Made by a program: the position numbers and the translations under genes. This document shows, one piece after another, positions 43,872 through 57,077 of a DNA stretch of 64,000 nucleotides. How positions within the stretch are numbered: the stretch's first letter is position 1; every line of letters starts with the position of its first letter. This stretch comes from a phage, in sequence record PQ724394.1; one strand, 5' to 3'. The notes under the pieces were generated by a model. It had not been told where the DNA came from. It searched no databases and was given only the letters and a program-made list of their open reading frames with translations.

Positions 43872-46406
43872 ATGATTAACAAATTGGAACTTAGTGAGTT
43901 ACCATTTGTTGACGGCGTACCTGATGCTCCTCAAAAGCGTATCCAATGGATACGCGAGGGTGATTGTATGTCTGCAGCAAAAACAAAATACGGCAATGAA
44001 GGTAATTTGAACGCTGCTGCTTTAGGAGTTCAGAAAAACGTAGAAGCTCTTGATGCCAACGATTTAAAAACTGCTGATAAAGTTAATGAGCTTATAGAAA
44101 ACGTTAATAATATCAATGACGCTTTAGAAATGTCAACAGATATTTCCATCATTCAACAAATAGAGAAAAACCGTGTTGATATTGTAGACCTTAAAAAAGT
44201 CACCGAAGATACAACAGAAAAATTGGACACCTTAACAACCAATTTTGATTTCTTGCGTGAAGATGTTGGATATCATGACCCTTTACAAGATGGGCCTTAT
44301 TTAACTGTACGTGAAAATATTGTTCTTCTTAAAAATGAAATTGGTCACTATGAGGACCAGGATATAAACGGTAATCCTTTACCTCCAGGTGAAACTAGTG
44401 AAGCCACTGGTATAAAACGCCGCATCATGGATAATACCACTGAATTGGTGGACCATCGTCTTCGTATTGATACCCTTGAAAGAAACTATGAAGATTCTGA
44501 TGTTGGGCAATTAGGTATTAAACTAAATGAAATTCGTGCCGAATTAGGACCACATTCTGATACGGTAGGTAAACAACCCGCTTACACCCGAATTTCAGTA
44601 TTAGAAACGGCTGCAGTTAATTTTAATACGGCTATTGACGAAATTAAGGATAATATTGATTTCTCTGGTATGCCTATAAAGGACCGAGTAACTACTTTAG
44701 AAAGCAAAACCTTTACCTTAGAAAATTCAGTTAACGTTGATTTAAAACCTAGAGTAACTTCTATAGAAACTCAAATCGGTTCTGAGTCTGCACCAGCATC
44801 TATTAATGGACGTTTAAGTGGGCTTCGTACCGATGTAAATGATTTAAAAACCGTTGTTGGTAATAGTTCTAGTGAAGGACTTCGTTTCCAGGTTTCCGAT
44901 ATTAATCGACGCCTTGGTAGTGAAGTGTCTCCTGCCGCTGGCACTATTAATAAGCGTTTGAATGATGTTATTATTCAAGCAAACCAATCTACCTCGTCCA
45001 TCCAGGATATTCAGGTAGAAATTGGTAACAACCAATCCGGTATAAAAGGTACTTTGCTTAAGCTCACAAATAAGGTTGACGGAACGAACCCTAACGGAGC
45101 TACCGTAGAAGAACGTGGTCTTATTAATGCGGTTACTTCTTTAGAAACCCAGATGCAAGGTAAATTAGGTGACGCGCCTTCTGATGGTAAACTCTATGCA
45201 CGTCGAAATGCGGCATGGGATGAAGTTGTTAATAATTCCACAGAAATAGAAACCGTTAAAGCCGATTTGGTTGTTACCAATGGTAAAGTGACCGCTTTAA
45301 CTTCCAGAGTAGATGATAATGATACTTCTATTTCATCTCTTAATACTCGCACTACTGCTCTAAATACTTCGGTTGGTGAGATTAAAGCCGATATAGTTTC
45401 TATAAAGGCTAAAGATGTTGAACAGGACGGTCGTTTAACTTCTTTGGAAGAGGCTGATGTTACTATTAACGGTAAAATTGCTGCTCTCGAAACTAAGACA
45501 GATACCACTGATGATGATGTCACAGCACTGGCTTTAGACGTTTCTTCTTTAGAGAACCAATTGACTCCTATAAAAGCCGATATTACCAAAAACAAAGGTG
45601 ATATTGTTGCCTTAACCGGTCGAGTGGCTTCTACTGAAGGCGAAATTACCGCAATTAAAGTTGATACAGCCAAAATTGCTCCTTTGACTACTAGAGTTAC
45701 TACGGCAGAAGGTAAAATCACTACTTTAGAAACAGGGCTTGCCGCTGTTAAAGTCGAATCCGATAAGGTAGCAGGTATTAATACCCGTTTAGGTACGGCA
45801 GAAGATGACATCGGAACACTTGAAACGGGTTTGGCTGAAGTTAAGGGTGAAGCCGATAAAGTAGCTGCTATAGATACCCGTTTGGGTGTTGTTGAAGCTG
45901 AAGTTGGTAAAGTAGCTTCTATAGATACCCGTTTAGGCGATGTTGAAGCTGAAGTCGGTACTCTTGAAACAGATTTATCTACTGTTAAAGGTAAAGTTGG
46001 TACTCTTGAAACAGGTTTGGCTGCCGTTAAAGTCGAATCCGATAAGGTAGCAGGTATTAATACCCGTTTAGGTACGGCAGAAGGTAAAATAACTACCCTT
46101 GAGTCTGGCTTGGCTGCTGTTGAAGTTGAATCAGATAAAGTAGCAGGGATTGATACCCGTTTAGCTACTGTTGAAGGCGAAGTTAGTACTCTTGAAACAG
46201 GTTTAGCTGCTGTTAAAGTTGAATCTGATAAAGTTGCTGACTTAGGAACCCGTTTAACCGCTGCCGAAGGTAAAATTACGGCCTTAGAAACAGAATTATC
46301 TAAACGTCCACCGGTGGCTCCTGCCGCAGACGGACTTCCGTATGTTCTGGTTGATAACGCATGGGTATTATTGTCTGATTTTGTGACTTTAAACTCAGCA
46401 CCATAA
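43872..46406 (+). CDS. wac: fibritin (neck whiskers), expanded coiled-coil
   Basis: N-terminal LPFVDG... and C-terminal foldon-like ...YVLVDNAWVLLSDF as in T4 wac; 844 aa versus 487 aa in T4 owing to tandem coiled-coil repeats. Confidence 0.9.
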   Translation: MINKLELSELPFVDGVPDAPQKRIQWIREGDCMSAAKTKYGNEGNLNAAALGVQKNVEALDANDLKTADKVNELIENVNNINDALEMSTDISIIQQIEKNRVDIVDLKKVTEDTTEKLDTLTTNFDFLREDVGYHDPLQDGPYLTVRENIVLLKNEIGHYEDQDINGNPLPPGETSEATGIKRRIMDNTTELVDHRLRIDTLERNYEDSDVGQLGIKLNEIRAELGPHSDTVGKQPAYTRISVLETAAVNFNTAIDEIKDNIDFSGMPIKDRVTTLESKTFTLENSVNVDLKPRVTSIETQIGSESAPASINGRLSGLRTDVNDLKTVVGNSSSEGLRFQVSDINRRLGSEVSPAAGTINKRLNDVIIQANQSTSSIQDIQVEIGNNQSGIKGTLLKLTNKVDGTNPNGATVEERGLINAVTSLETQMQGKLGDAPSDGKLYARRNAAWDEVVNNSTEIETVKADLVVTNGKVTALTSRVDDNDTSISSLNTRTTALNTSVGEIKADIVSIKAKDVEQDGRLTSLEEADVTINGKIAALETKTDTTDDDVTALALDVSSLENQLTPIKADITKNKGDIVALTGRVASTEGEITAIKVDTAKIAPLTTRVTTAEGKITTLETGLAAVKVESDKVAGINTRLGTAEDDIGTLETGLAEVKGEADKVAAIDTRLGVVEAEVGKVASIDTRLGDVEAEVGTLETDLSTVKGKVGTLETGLAAVKVESDKVAGINTRLGTAEGKITTLESGLAAVEVESDKVAGIDTRLATVEGEVSTLETGLAAVKVESDKVADLGTRLTAAEGKITALETELSKRPPVAPAADGLPYVLVDNAWVLLSDFVTLNSAP
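45650..46300 (+). repeat. intragenic tandem repeats (about 93 nt / 31 aa units) within wac
   Basis: Repeated TRLGTAEGKITTLETGLAAVKVESDKVAGIN-type units; a roughly 65-nt near-identical DNA segment recurs at about 45736 and 46021. Confidence 0.8.
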
Positions 46407-46409
46407 TAA

Positions 46410-46429
46410 AAGGGCTTCGGCCCTTTTTT
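46410..46429 (+). terminator. rho-independent terminator after wac
   Basis: AAGGGCTTCGGCCCTTTTTTG immediately after the wac stop. Confidence 0.75.
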
Positions 46430-46431
46430 GC

Positions 46432-46439
46432 TATAAATA
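46432..46439 (+). promoter_or_regulatory. late promoter TATAAATA for gene 13
   Basis: TATAAATA 22 nt upstream of the gene 13 ATG. Confidence 0.65.
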
Positions 46440-46460
46440 CGGTTATTAGAGGAATAAAAC

Positions 46461-47396
46461 ATGGCAAGTGAATCATATAACCCTAAGCAACTCAAGGACG
46501 CTATTCTGCGCCGCCTGGGTGCACCGATTACAAATATTGAAGTAACTACTGACCAAGTGTATGATTGCATCCAGAGGGCCTTAGAGCTCTACGGCGAATA
46601 CCATTATAACGGGTATAACAAAGGTTATCAGGCTTTTTATATCGGCCATGACGATGAAGAAAAATTCCGTAATGGTGTATTCGACCTTAAAGGACGTAAT
46701 ATATTTGCAGTAACACAAATTTTGAGAACTAACGTTGGTTCTTTAACATCTATGGATGGGCAAGCAACTTATCCATGGTTTACAGATTTTGTACTAGGTT
46801 TGGCAGGTATTAATGGTGGCCTTGGGTCTTCATGTAATAGTTTTGGACCTAATGCCTTCGGCGCCGACCTTGGTTATTTCACACAATTAATGCAATATCG
46901 TTCTATGATGCAAGACCTTTTGGTTCCTCTGCCTGATTATTGGTATAATGATGCCACTGAACAATTAAAGGTAATGGGCAACTTTGTTAAAGGCGACTTT
47001 ATTGTAATTGAAGTTTATACCCGTTCATTTAATGGTGTTGATTCCATGGTTGGGAATACAGCAGGATATGGATATGCTTCTGGTGGCTGTGACGAAAATG
47101 AATGGAGCCCTGGGGCTATTTGGGACAATCCTGCACGTCGAATTTCAGGAATGAGAGCTGGTGAGGACCTTGGACTACAAGATGGGGCGTATAATAACCG
47201 TTGGGTCAAAGATTACGCTACAGCATTAGTTAAAGAGGTCAATGGTAATATTTTAGCCAAACACCAAGGTATGCAATTAGCTGGCGGAACCACTGTAGAT
47301 GGCATTCGATTGATTGAAGAAGCTCGTTTAGAAAAAGAACGTCTTCGCGAAGAATTAGATTTGCTCGACCCACCAACACCTATTTTAATTGGATAA
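46461..47396 (+). CDS. 13: gp13 neck protein
   Basis: 311 aa (T4 309 aa); synteny. Confidence 0.9.
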   Translation: MASESYNPKQLKDAILRRLGAPITNIEVTTDQVYDCIQRALELYGEYHYNGYNKGYQAFYIGHDDEEKFRNGVFDLKGRNIFAVTQILRTNVGSLTSMDGQATYPWFTDFVLGLAGINGGLGSSCNSFGPNAFGADLGYFTQLMQYRSMMQDLLVPLPDYWYNDATEQLKVMGNFVKGDFIVIEVYTRSFNGVDSMVGNTAGYGYASGGCDENEWSPGAIWDNPARRISGMRAGEDLGLQDGAYNNRWVKDYATALVKEVNGNILAKHQGMQLAGGTTVDGIRLIEEARLEKERLREELDLLDPPTPILIG

Positions 47397-47398
47397 TT

Positions 47399-48172
47399 AT
47401 GGCTACTTTCGATTCGAGTTTATTTGCTAAGCTGGAAAATAACACCGGCTATGCTAACACGAACGAAACTGAAATAATGAACCCTTTCGTCAACTTTTAT
47501 CGCCATGAGAACACTCAAACATTGGCTGATGCTTTAGTTGCTGAGTCTATTCAAATGCGTGGTATCGAGCTTTATTATATACCACGCGAATACGTTAATC
47601 CTGACCAGCTATTTGGCGAAGACCTTCAGAACAAATTTACTAAAGCCTGGAAGTTTGCAGGTTATTTGGATTCCTTTGAAGGTTATTCCGGTGACAATAC
47701 TTATTTCAGTAAGTTCGGTATGATGGTTAATGATGAGGTAACAATCACAATTAACCCTAACCTTTTTAAACATCAATGCAACGGTACTGAACCTGTTTCA
47801 GGTGACTTGATTTATTTCCCTATGGACAATAGTCTATTTGAAATTAACTGGGTTCAACCTTACGACCCATTCTATCAAGTCGGTACAAACGTCCAGCGTC
47901 GCATTACTGCTACCAAGTTCATTTATAATGGTGAGGAACTTCGTCCTGAATTACAGAGAAATGAAGGCATTAATATTCCTGAATTCAGTGAGCTTGATTT
48001 AATGCCTGTTAAAAATATCGACGGGTTGGCTGACATCTCTGATATCCAATATGAAGAGGTTAATGAGATTAATGCTGAAGCAGCGGAATTCGTACACCCT
48101 TATGTAGTGATTAACGGTAGAGGAGAAGATGCTCCTCCTACAGCATTTGATGATGCTTTTTTAGATGATTAA
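47399..48172 (+). CDS. 14: gp14 neck protein
   Basis: 257 aa (T4 256 aa); synteny. Confidence 0.9.
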   Translation: MATFDSSLFAKLENNTGYANTNETEIMNPFVNFYRHENTQTLADALVAESIQMRGIELYYIPREYVNPDQLFGEDLQNKFTKAWKFAGYLDSFEGYSGDNTYFSKFGMMVNDEVTITINPNLFKHQCNGTEPVSGDLIYFPMDNSLFEINWVQPYDPFYQVGTNVQRRITATKFIYNGEELRPELQRNEGINIPEFSELDLMPVKNIDGLADISDIQYEEVNEINAEAAEFVHPYVVINGRGEDAPPTAFDDAFLDD

Positions 48173-48211
48173 ATAATACATGGCGCATCCCGCGCCATTT
48201 TAGGAGGTTTG

Positions 48212-49074
48212 ATGTTTGGACATTGGTATAATAGTTCGCTACGTCGCTATATTGTTTTGATGGGTGATTTATTTTCCCATGTTCAAGTAGCACGTCAAAG
48301 AGAAGATACAGGGCTTAAATTTATTAAGGTTCCTATTACGTATGCTTCTAAAGAAAGATTTATGGCTAACTTAGGTAAATGGACGGCAGTACAGAATATC
48401 CCAAATCCTAATATGACGCCAAAAGAAAGAGCTGAACAAAAAGCTAAGGTGGAAACTGTTCTTCCACGTATGAACCTCCAAATGGTTGACATGCTTTATA
48501 ACTCACAATACAAAACAGCTCTTCAAAATAGAACACAAATTCAATTTGAGAATGGGGACCCTCGTAAACGAGTCAGCCAATATTCTCCTACTCCAGTAAA
48601 AATGATTTTTGAACTGGGTATTTACACTAGAACTCAAGATGATATGTTCCAGATTGTGGAACAAATTATGCCGTATTTCCAACCTCACTTTAATACAACA
48701 ATTACCGAACTCTATACAAACGAAATTAAATTTGACCGTGATATTCGTATTGTGTTCCAATCTATAGCAATGGACGAACAATTAGAAGGTGATACCACTT
48801 CACGTCGTCGCTTAGAATGGTCTATGATGTTTGAGGTTAACGGATGGCTATATCCTCCTGTTAAAGAAATGGAAGGCGAAATCAAAACCATTTATCTTGA
48901 TTTCTTTGCCAACTCTAAAGAACTCGCTCCTGAAGGTAATTTTGAATCGGTTGATAGCGAAGTGGTTCCTAGAGGTGTAGAAGAAAAAGAATGGGACGGT
49001 AAGTCCATTCAAACATATTCACAAGATATTCCGGTGCCTGTTGAACCAGAACCTCCAGCACCAAGGAGAAACCC

Positions 49075-49078
<4 letters not shown>
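48212..49078 (+). CDS. 15: gp15 tail sheath stabiliser and completion protein
   Basis: ATG at 48212 with GGAGG RBS (ORF-track start at 48209 is a TTG); [13 protein letters not shown]... T4 gp15-like. Confidence 0.9.
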
Positions 49079-51388
<2,310 letters not shown>

Positions 51389-51417
51389 ACAATAAAGCAT
51401 AACCAAGAGGATTCAAA

Positions 51418-53400
51418 ATGGCTTTATTATCACCGGGCATTGAGCTCAAAGAAACGTCCGTACAGAGTACTGTCGTTCGTAACGCAACGGGTCGTGCAGC
51501 GCTGGTTGGTAAATTCCAGTGGGGCCCTGCTTTCCAGGTAACTCAGATTACCAATGAAGTTGAACTGGTTGATTTGTTTGGAGGTCCTAATAACGAAGTA
51601 GCAGATTACTTTATGTCTGGTATGAACTTCCTCCAGTATGGTAATGACCTTCGTACAGTTCGTGTCGTTAGTCGCGAATTTGCTAAAAACGCATCTCCTA
51701 TCGCTGGTAATATTGAAACCACTATTACTACGGCTGGTTCCAACTATGCTGTAGGCGATAAAATTAATATTAAATATAACCAAACTGTAGTCGAATCTGA
51801 AGGTCGTGTGACTTCTGTAGATACAGACGGTAAAATTCTTTCTGTGTTTATTCCGTCAGCAAAAATTATTGCTTACGCACGTTCTTTAAACCAGTATCCT
51901 ACCCTAGGCCCGGCTTGGACTGCTGAAGTTACTTCTGCCTCTTCGGGTGTTTCTGGTACTATTACCGTCGGCCAAATTGTTACCGATTCCGGCATTCTTT
52001 TGACTGAAGCTGAGAATAGTGAAGAAGCTATTACTTCTCTTGAATTCCAAGCGGCCCTTAAGAAATTTGCTATGCCAGGCGTAGTGGCCCTTTATCCTGG
52101 TGAAATTGGTTCTACTCTGGAAGTAGAAATCGTTTCTAAAGCAGCTTATGAAGCCGGTTCTTCTAAAATGTTGGATGTTTATCCTGGTGGTGGTACCCGT
52201 GCTTCTATTGCCAAGGCAGTATTTAATTACGGACCTCAAACAGATGACCAATATGCCATTATCGTTCGTCGCGATGGCGCTATCGTAGAATCAGTCGTAC
52301 TTTCCACCAAAGAAGGTGAAAAAGACGTTTACGGTAATAACATTTATCTTGACGACTATTTCGCTAAAGGTACTTCTAATTACATCTATGCTACCTCGTT
52401 AAACTGGCCGAAAGGATTTAGCGGTATCATTAATCTGTCCGGTGGTATTTCCGCCAACGATAAAGTTACTGCAGGCGATTTGATGCAGGGTTGGGATTTG
52501 TTTGCCGACCGTGAAGCACTCCATATTAACCTGCTTATTGCTGGTGCTGTTGCCGGTGAAGGCGATGAAGTGGCTTCTACTGTTCAGAAACACGTTGTGA
52601 GTATTGCTGATGAACGTCAGGATTGCTTAGCATTTATTTCTCCTCCTAAAGGTCTGTTGGTTAACGTTCCACTTACTCGTGCAGTAGATAACCTTATCGA
52701 CTGGCGTACCGGTGCCGGTAATTTCGATGCCAACAACATGAACATCAGTACCACTTATGCCGCTATTGATGGTAACTATAAATATCAATACGACAAATAT
52801 AACGACGTAAACCGTTGGGTACCACTGGCTGCCGATTTGGCTGGTTTGTGTGCACGTACTGATGATGTGTCTCAGCCTTGGATGTCTCCTGCCGGTTATA
52901 ACCGTGGTCAGATTCTTAACGTTCTGAAATTGGCAATTGAACCACGTCAAGCACAACGTGACCGCATGTACCAGGAAGCTATTAACCCAGTTGTTGGTTT
53001 TGCTGGTGGTGATGGTTTCGTATTGTTTGGTGATAAGACTGCAACTAAAGTTCCATCTCCGATGGACCATATTAACGTTCGCCGTCTGTTCAACATGCTT
53101 AAGAAAAATATAGGTGATGCCTCTAAATATAAACTGTTTGAATTGAACGATAACTTCACTCGTTCAAGCTTCCGTATGGAAGTTTCTCAGTACTTAGATG
53201 GTATTAAGGCACTTGGTGGGATTTATGAAGGACGTGTGGTTTGTGATACTACAGTGAACACCCCTGCGGTTATCGACCGTAATGAGTTTATTGCTAATAT
53301 ATACATCAAACCTGCGAGATCGATAAATTACATCACGTTGAACTTCGTTGCAACGAGCACTGGTGCTGATTTTGATGAATTGATTGGACCTTTAGTATAA
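51418..53400 (+). CDS. 18: gp18 tail sheath protein
   Basis: 660 aa (T4 659 aa); synteny. Confidence 0.95.
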   Translation: MALLSPGIELKETSVQSTVVRNATGRAALVGKFQWGPAFQVTQITNEVELVDLFGGPNNEVADYFMSGMNFLQYGNDLRTVRVVSREFAKNASPIAGNIETTITTAGSNYAVGDKINIKYNQTVVESEGRVTSVDTDGKILSVFIPSAKIIAYARSLNQYPTLGPAWTAEVTSASSGVSGTITVGQIVTDSGILLTEAENSEEAITSLEFQAALKKFAMPGVVALYPGEIGSTLEVEIVSKAAYEAGSSKMLDVYPGGGTRASIAKAVFNYGPQTDDQYAIIVRRDGAIVESVVLSTKEGEKDVYGNNIYLDDYFAKGTSNYIYATSLNWPKGFSGIINLSGGISANDKVTAGDLMQGWDLFADREALHINLLIAGAVAGEGDEVASTVQKHVVSIADERQDCLAFISPPKGLLVNVPLTRAVDNLIDWRTGAGNFDANNMNISTTYAAIDGNYKYQYDKYNDVNRWVPLAADLAGLCARTDDVSQPWMSPAGYNRGQILNVLKLAIEPRQAQRDRMYQEAINPVVGFAGGDGFVLFGDKTATKVPSPMDHINVRRLFNMLKKNIGDASKYKLFELNDNFTRSSFRMEVSQYLDGIKALGGIYEGRVVCDTTVNTPAVIDRNEFIANIYIKPARSINYITLNFVATSTGADFDELIGPLV

Positions 53401-53525
53401 TCTATTATCCCAGGCTGTAATATAAAGAACCTAAAACCATTATACCATGTGTTTGGTTACAGCGTACATCACGTAGAATTGCGCCTGGGAGTGATTAACT
53501 ATCAGGAATATGATTTATCAACTGT

Positions 53526-53533
53526 TATAAATA
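53526..53533 (+). promoter_or_regulatory. late promoter TATAAATA for gene 19
   Basis: TATAAATA about 53 nt upstream of the gene 19 ATG. Confidence 0.6.
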
Positions 53534-53546
53534 AATTAATCAGAAC

Positions 53547-53567
53547 GTTCCTGGTGTGGCCAGGAAC
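53547..53567 (+). promoter_or_regulatory. 5' leader hairpin of gene 19 (8-bp perfect stem)
   Basis: GTTCCTGG-TGTGG-CCAGGAAC between the late promoter and the RBS. Confidence 0.45.
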
Positions 53568-53585
53568 TGACTTATGAGGCATCCC

Positions 53586-54077
53586 ATGGAGTTGACAGAT
53601 ATCACTCGTGCGTTTGAGTCAGGTGACTTTGCACGCCCTAACCTTTTCGAAGTGGAAATTCCATTTCTTGGTAAAAACTTTAGCTTTAAATGTAAAGCAG
53701 CACCTATGCCGGCAGGCATTGTAGAAAAAGTACCGGTTGGCTACATGAACCGTAAAATTAACGTAGCCGGTGACCGTACGTTTGATGATTGGACCATTAC
53801 CATTTATAACGATGATGCCCATGACACCCGTCAGGCAATTGTCGATTGGCAAAACCTCTGCCATGGTATGACCAATGAAATTACCGGTGCTGCACCTGCA
53901 GAATATAAGAAACAAGCAGTAGTTCGTCAGTTCCATCGTGACGGTAAGACTGTGACTAAAGAAGTTACAATTTATGGCTTATGGCCTACTAACGTTGGTG
54001 AAGTCCAGATGGATTGGGATTCAAACAACGAGGTAGAAACTTTCGAATCTACGTTCGCTATCGATTGGTGGGAATGA
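53586..54077 (+). CDS. 19: gp19 tail tube protein
   Basis: Start at ATG 53586 with GAGG RBS; MELTDITRAFESGDFARPNLF... strongly T4 gp19-like. Confidence 0.95.
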   Translation: MELTDITRAFESGDFARPNLFEVEIPFLGKNFSFKCKAAPMPAGIVEKVPVGYMNRKINVAGDRTFDDWTITIYNDDAHDTRQAIVDWQNLCHGMTNEITGAAPAEYKKQAVVRQFHRDGKTVTKEVTIYGLWPTNVGEVQMDWDSNNEVETFESTFAIDWWE

Positions 54078-54078
54078 G

Positions 54079-54086
54079 TATAAATA
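54079..54086 (+). promoter_or_regulatory. late promoter TATAAATA for gene 20
   Basis: TATAAATA immediately after the gp19 stop, 49 nt upstream of the gene 20 ATG. Confidence 0.6.
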
Positions 54087-54096
54087 GAATTATAAA

Positions 54097-54110
54097 GGAG
54101 CTTCGGCTCC
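54097..54110 (+). promoter_or_regulatory. UUCG hairpin in gp19-gp20 intergenic region (terminator or leader structure)
   Basis: GGAGC-TTCG-GCTCC followed by TTATCC; lies downstream of the gene 20 late promoter. Confidence 0.4.
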
Positions 54111-54134
54111 TTATCCCATTCATCGGAGACTCTA

Positions 54135-55709
54135 ATGGCAAACTTTAATACAATATTAAGTTTTCTTAAGCCATGGGCTAATGAAGACGAAAAAGAATAT
54201 AAACAACAATTAAATAACAATTTAGAGTCTGTCACTGCACCTAAGCTTGATGATGGCGCTCGCGAAATTGAAACCCAAGAGCAAAATATTCCTTATAACG
54301 CTCTTATGCAACAAATGTTTGGTAGTAATGAGCCTGAAGTTAAAAACACCAGGGAACTCATTGATACCTACCGTAATTTGATGAACAACTATGAAGTCGA
54401 TAACGCAGTTCAAGAAATTGTGTCTGACGCTATTGTCTACGAGGATGATAAAGAAGTAGTTGCATTAAATTTAGACGGGACAGATTTCAGTCAATCAATT
54501 AAAGATAAAATTTTGGCTGAATTTAGTGAAGTTTTGAATCTTTTAAATTTCCAACGTAAAGGCACCGACCATTTCCAACGTTGGTATGTAGACTCGAGAA
54601 TATTCTTTCATAAAATTATAAACCCTAAAAAAATGAAAGATGGTATACAAGAGCTCCGTCGTTTAGACCCTCGCCAACTCCAATATATCCGTGAAATTGT
54701 TACACGTATGGAAGATGGTGTTAAAATTGTAGATGGATACCGCGAGTTTTTCGTTTACGATACTGGTCATGAAAGTTATTGTGCTGATGGACGCATTTAT
54801 TCAGCTGGGACTAAAGTTAAAATTCCTCGTGCTGCTGTAGTTTATGCACATTCTGGGTTATTGGATTGTTGTGGTAAAAACATCATTGGCTATTTGCAAC
54901 GTGCTATTAAGCCTGCAAACCAGCTTAAATTGATGGAAGATGCAATGGTCATCTATCGTATTACCCGTGCTCCTGACCGTCGTGTATTTTATATCGATAC
55001 AGGAAATATGCCTTCTCGTAAGGCTGCAGCACAAATGCAACATATCATGAACACGATGAAAAACCGTGTGGTATATGATGCTTCGACCGGTAAAATTAAA
55101 AACCAGCAACATAATATGTCAATGACCGAAGACTATTGGTTGCAACGTCGAGACGGTAAAGCGGTAACAGAAGTTGATACCATGCCTGGAGCCACAGGTA
55201 TGAGTGATATGGATGACGTTCTTTATTTCCGCACAGCACTTTATCGTGCGCTGCGTATCCCAGAGTCGCGCATCCCTAGTGAATCTAATTCCGGTGTTAT
55301 GTTTGATGCTGGTACGGCTATAACTCGTGATGAGTTGAAATTTGCTAAATGGATTCGACAGCTCCAAAATAAATTTGAAGAAATTTTCTTAGACCCATTA
55401 AAAACAAACCTCATTCTTAAAAAGATTATTACAGAAGATGAGTGGGAAAGAGAAATAAATAATATTAAAGTTACGTTCAACCGTGATAGCTATTTCAGTG
55501 AAATGAAAGATGCGGAAATCATGGAACGCAGAATCAATATGCTAACGATGGCTGAACCATTTATTGGTAAGTATATTTCACATCAAACGGCTATGAAAGA
55601 TTTCCTTCAGATGACTGACGAAGAAATTAATCAAGAAGCTAAGCAAATTGAAGAAGAGTCTAAAGAGGCTCGTTTCCAAAACCCAGATGAAGAAGAAGAG
55701 GATTTCTAA
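54135..55709 (+). CDS. 20: gp20 portal vertex protein
   Basis: 524 aa equals T4 gp20 size; synteny. Confidence 0.95.
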   Translation: MANFNTILSFLKPWANEDEKEYKQQLNNNLESVTAPKLDDGAREIETQEQNIPYNALMQQMFGSNEPEVKNTRELIDTYRNLMNNYEVDNAVQEIVSDAIVYEDDKEVVALNLDGTDFSQSIKDKILAEFSEVLNLLNFQRKGTDHFQRWYVDSRIFFHKIINPKKMKDGIQELRRLDPRQLQYIREIVTRMEDGVKIVDGYREFFVYDTGHESYCADGRIYSAGTKVKIPRAAVVYAHSGLLDCCGKNIIGYLQRAIKPANQLKLMEDAMVIYRITRAPDRRVFYIDTGNMPSRKAAAQMQHIMNTMKNRVVYDASTGKIKNQQHNMSMTEDYWLQRRDGKAVTEVDTMPGATGMSDMDDVLYFRTALYRALRIPESRIPSESNSGVMFDAGTAITRDELKFAKWIRQLQNKFEEIFLDPLKTNLILKKIITEDEWEREINNIKVTFNRDSYFSEMKDAEIMERRINMLTMAEPFIGKYISHQTAMKDFLQMTDEEINQEAKQIEEESKEARFQNPDEEEEDF

Positions 55710-55984
55710 TGGAAGATTTAATCGAAGCTATTAAATCAAACGACCTCGTAGCAGTTCGTAAAGCAGCAGCCCCGCTTATCGAATCTCGAGTAGCCGCTTT
55801 GATTGAAGCCCGTAAAGCAGAAATTGCTCGCTCCGTTATGATTGAAGGCGAAGAAGCCGACGAAGATGACGAAGACGAAGATAAAGACGAAAAATCCGAT
55901 AAAGCAGATAAGAAAGACAAAAAAGAATCTGACGATGCGGATGAAGGTGATGACGGCGATGATGAAGACGAGGACGACGAATAA
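55709..55984 (+). CDS. 67: gp67 prohead core protein
   Basis: 91 aa with highly acidic C-terminus ([14 protein letters not shown]...). Confidence 0.8.
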   Translation: MEDLIEAIKSNDLVAVRKAAAPLIESRVAALIEARKAEIARSVMIEGEEADEDDEDEDKDEKSDKADKKDKKESDDADEGDDGDDEDEDDE

Positions 55985-56412
55985 TGTTCCTTATCCCTGA
56001 TGATTACGAATTAACTCTAGAAAGCGTAGAGGCCAAAATTCCAGAAGCACAGGGACGTTTTGCTACTCTTTCTGAAGCCCTCGAGAAAAGCGATATAAAT
56101 AATCTTGTAGAGAACATGATTGCTGATGGTGATATCGATACCGCTATTGCCATCGCCTCTTTGAATGAAAATATGGCTCTTAACGAATTTATCGTTAAGC
56201 ACGTCTCTTCTAAAGGTGAGCTTACTCGTACTAAAGATATTAAAACCCGTCAACGCAACGCTTATCAAACGACCGGGTTGTCTAAAGCAAAACGCCGTCA
56301 GATTGCTCGCAAAGCATCTAAAACCAAACGTGCTAATCCATCTATTCAAGTACGTGCCGAACGTAAGCGTAAGAAAGCTCGTTCTAAACGTAAAGCCTTT
56401 GGACTTAACTAA
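55984..56412 (+). CDS. 68: gp68 prohead core protein
   Basis: 142 aa (T4 141 aa); basic C-terminus; synteny. Confidence 0.8.
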   Translation: MFLIPDDYELTLESVEAKIPEAQGRFATLSEALEKSDINNLVENMIADGDIDTAIAIASLNENMALNEFIVKHVSSKGELTRTKDIKTRQRNAYQTTGLSKAKRRQIARKASKTKRANPSIQVRAERKRKKARSKRKAFGLN

Positions 56413-57047
56413 TGAAACCTGAATTGCTCATCGAACATTGGGGACAACCAGGTGAAATTATCGATGGGGTTCCGATGTTGGAATCTCATGATGGAAAAGA
56501 TTCTGGACTTGCCCCAGGCCTTTATATAGAAGGCATATTCATGCAAGCCGAAGTGGTTAACCGTAATAAACGCCTTTATCCGAAACCTATTTTGGAAAAA
56601 GCTGTTGCTGATTATATGGCAGAACAGGTTGCTACTAAACAAGCTTTAGGAGAATTAAATCATCCGCCTCGTGCTAACGTCGACCCTATGCAAGCCGCTA
56701 TTATTATTGAAGATATGTGGTGGAAAGGTAATGACGTTTATGGACGTGCTCGTATTATTGAAGGCGACCATGGTCCTGGTGATAAACTAGCTGCTAATAT
56801 TAGAGCCGGTTGGGTGCCTGGTGTTAGTTCTCGTGGTCTAGGTTCTTTAACCGAAACCAATAAAGGATATAAGCGTGTAAACGAAGGTTATAAATTAACC
56901 GTCGGTGTTGATGCAGTATGGGGTCCATCTGCTCCTGATGCTTATGTAACTCCTAAACAAATTACAGAATCACAAACGGTAGATACCGATACCAGTGCCG
57001 ATGACGCCTTTATGGCTCTCGCAGAGGCCATGAAAAAAGCGTTATAA
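56412..57047 (+). CDS. 21: gp21 prohead core protease
   Basis: 211 aa (T4 212 aa); synteny between gp68 and gp22. Confidence 0.9.
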   Translation: MKPELLIEHWGQPGEIIDGVPMLESHDGKDSGLAPGLYIEGIFMQAEVVNRNKRLYPKPILEKAVADYMAEQVATKQALGELNHPPRANVDPMQAAIIIEDMWWKGNDVYGRARIIEGDHGPGDKLAANIRAGWVPGVSSRGLGSLTETNKGYKRVNEGYKLTVGVDAVWGPSAPDAYVTPKQITESQTVDTDTSADDAFMALAEAMKKAL

Positions 57048-57050
57048 ATA
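57043..57050 (+). promoter_or_regulatory. late promoter TATAAATA for gene 22
   Basis: TATAAATA overlapping the gp21 stop, 28 nt upstream of the gene 22 ATG. Confidence 0.6.
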
Positions 57051-57077
57051 TTATTATCTAAACAACAGGACTACAAA

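Noticed and set aside
45194-46570. Minus-strand ORF of 458 aa
   Set aside because: Antisense to fibritin (wac); low-complexity Ser/Thr/Ala/Val-rich translation produced by the coiled-coil repeats on the opposite strand.
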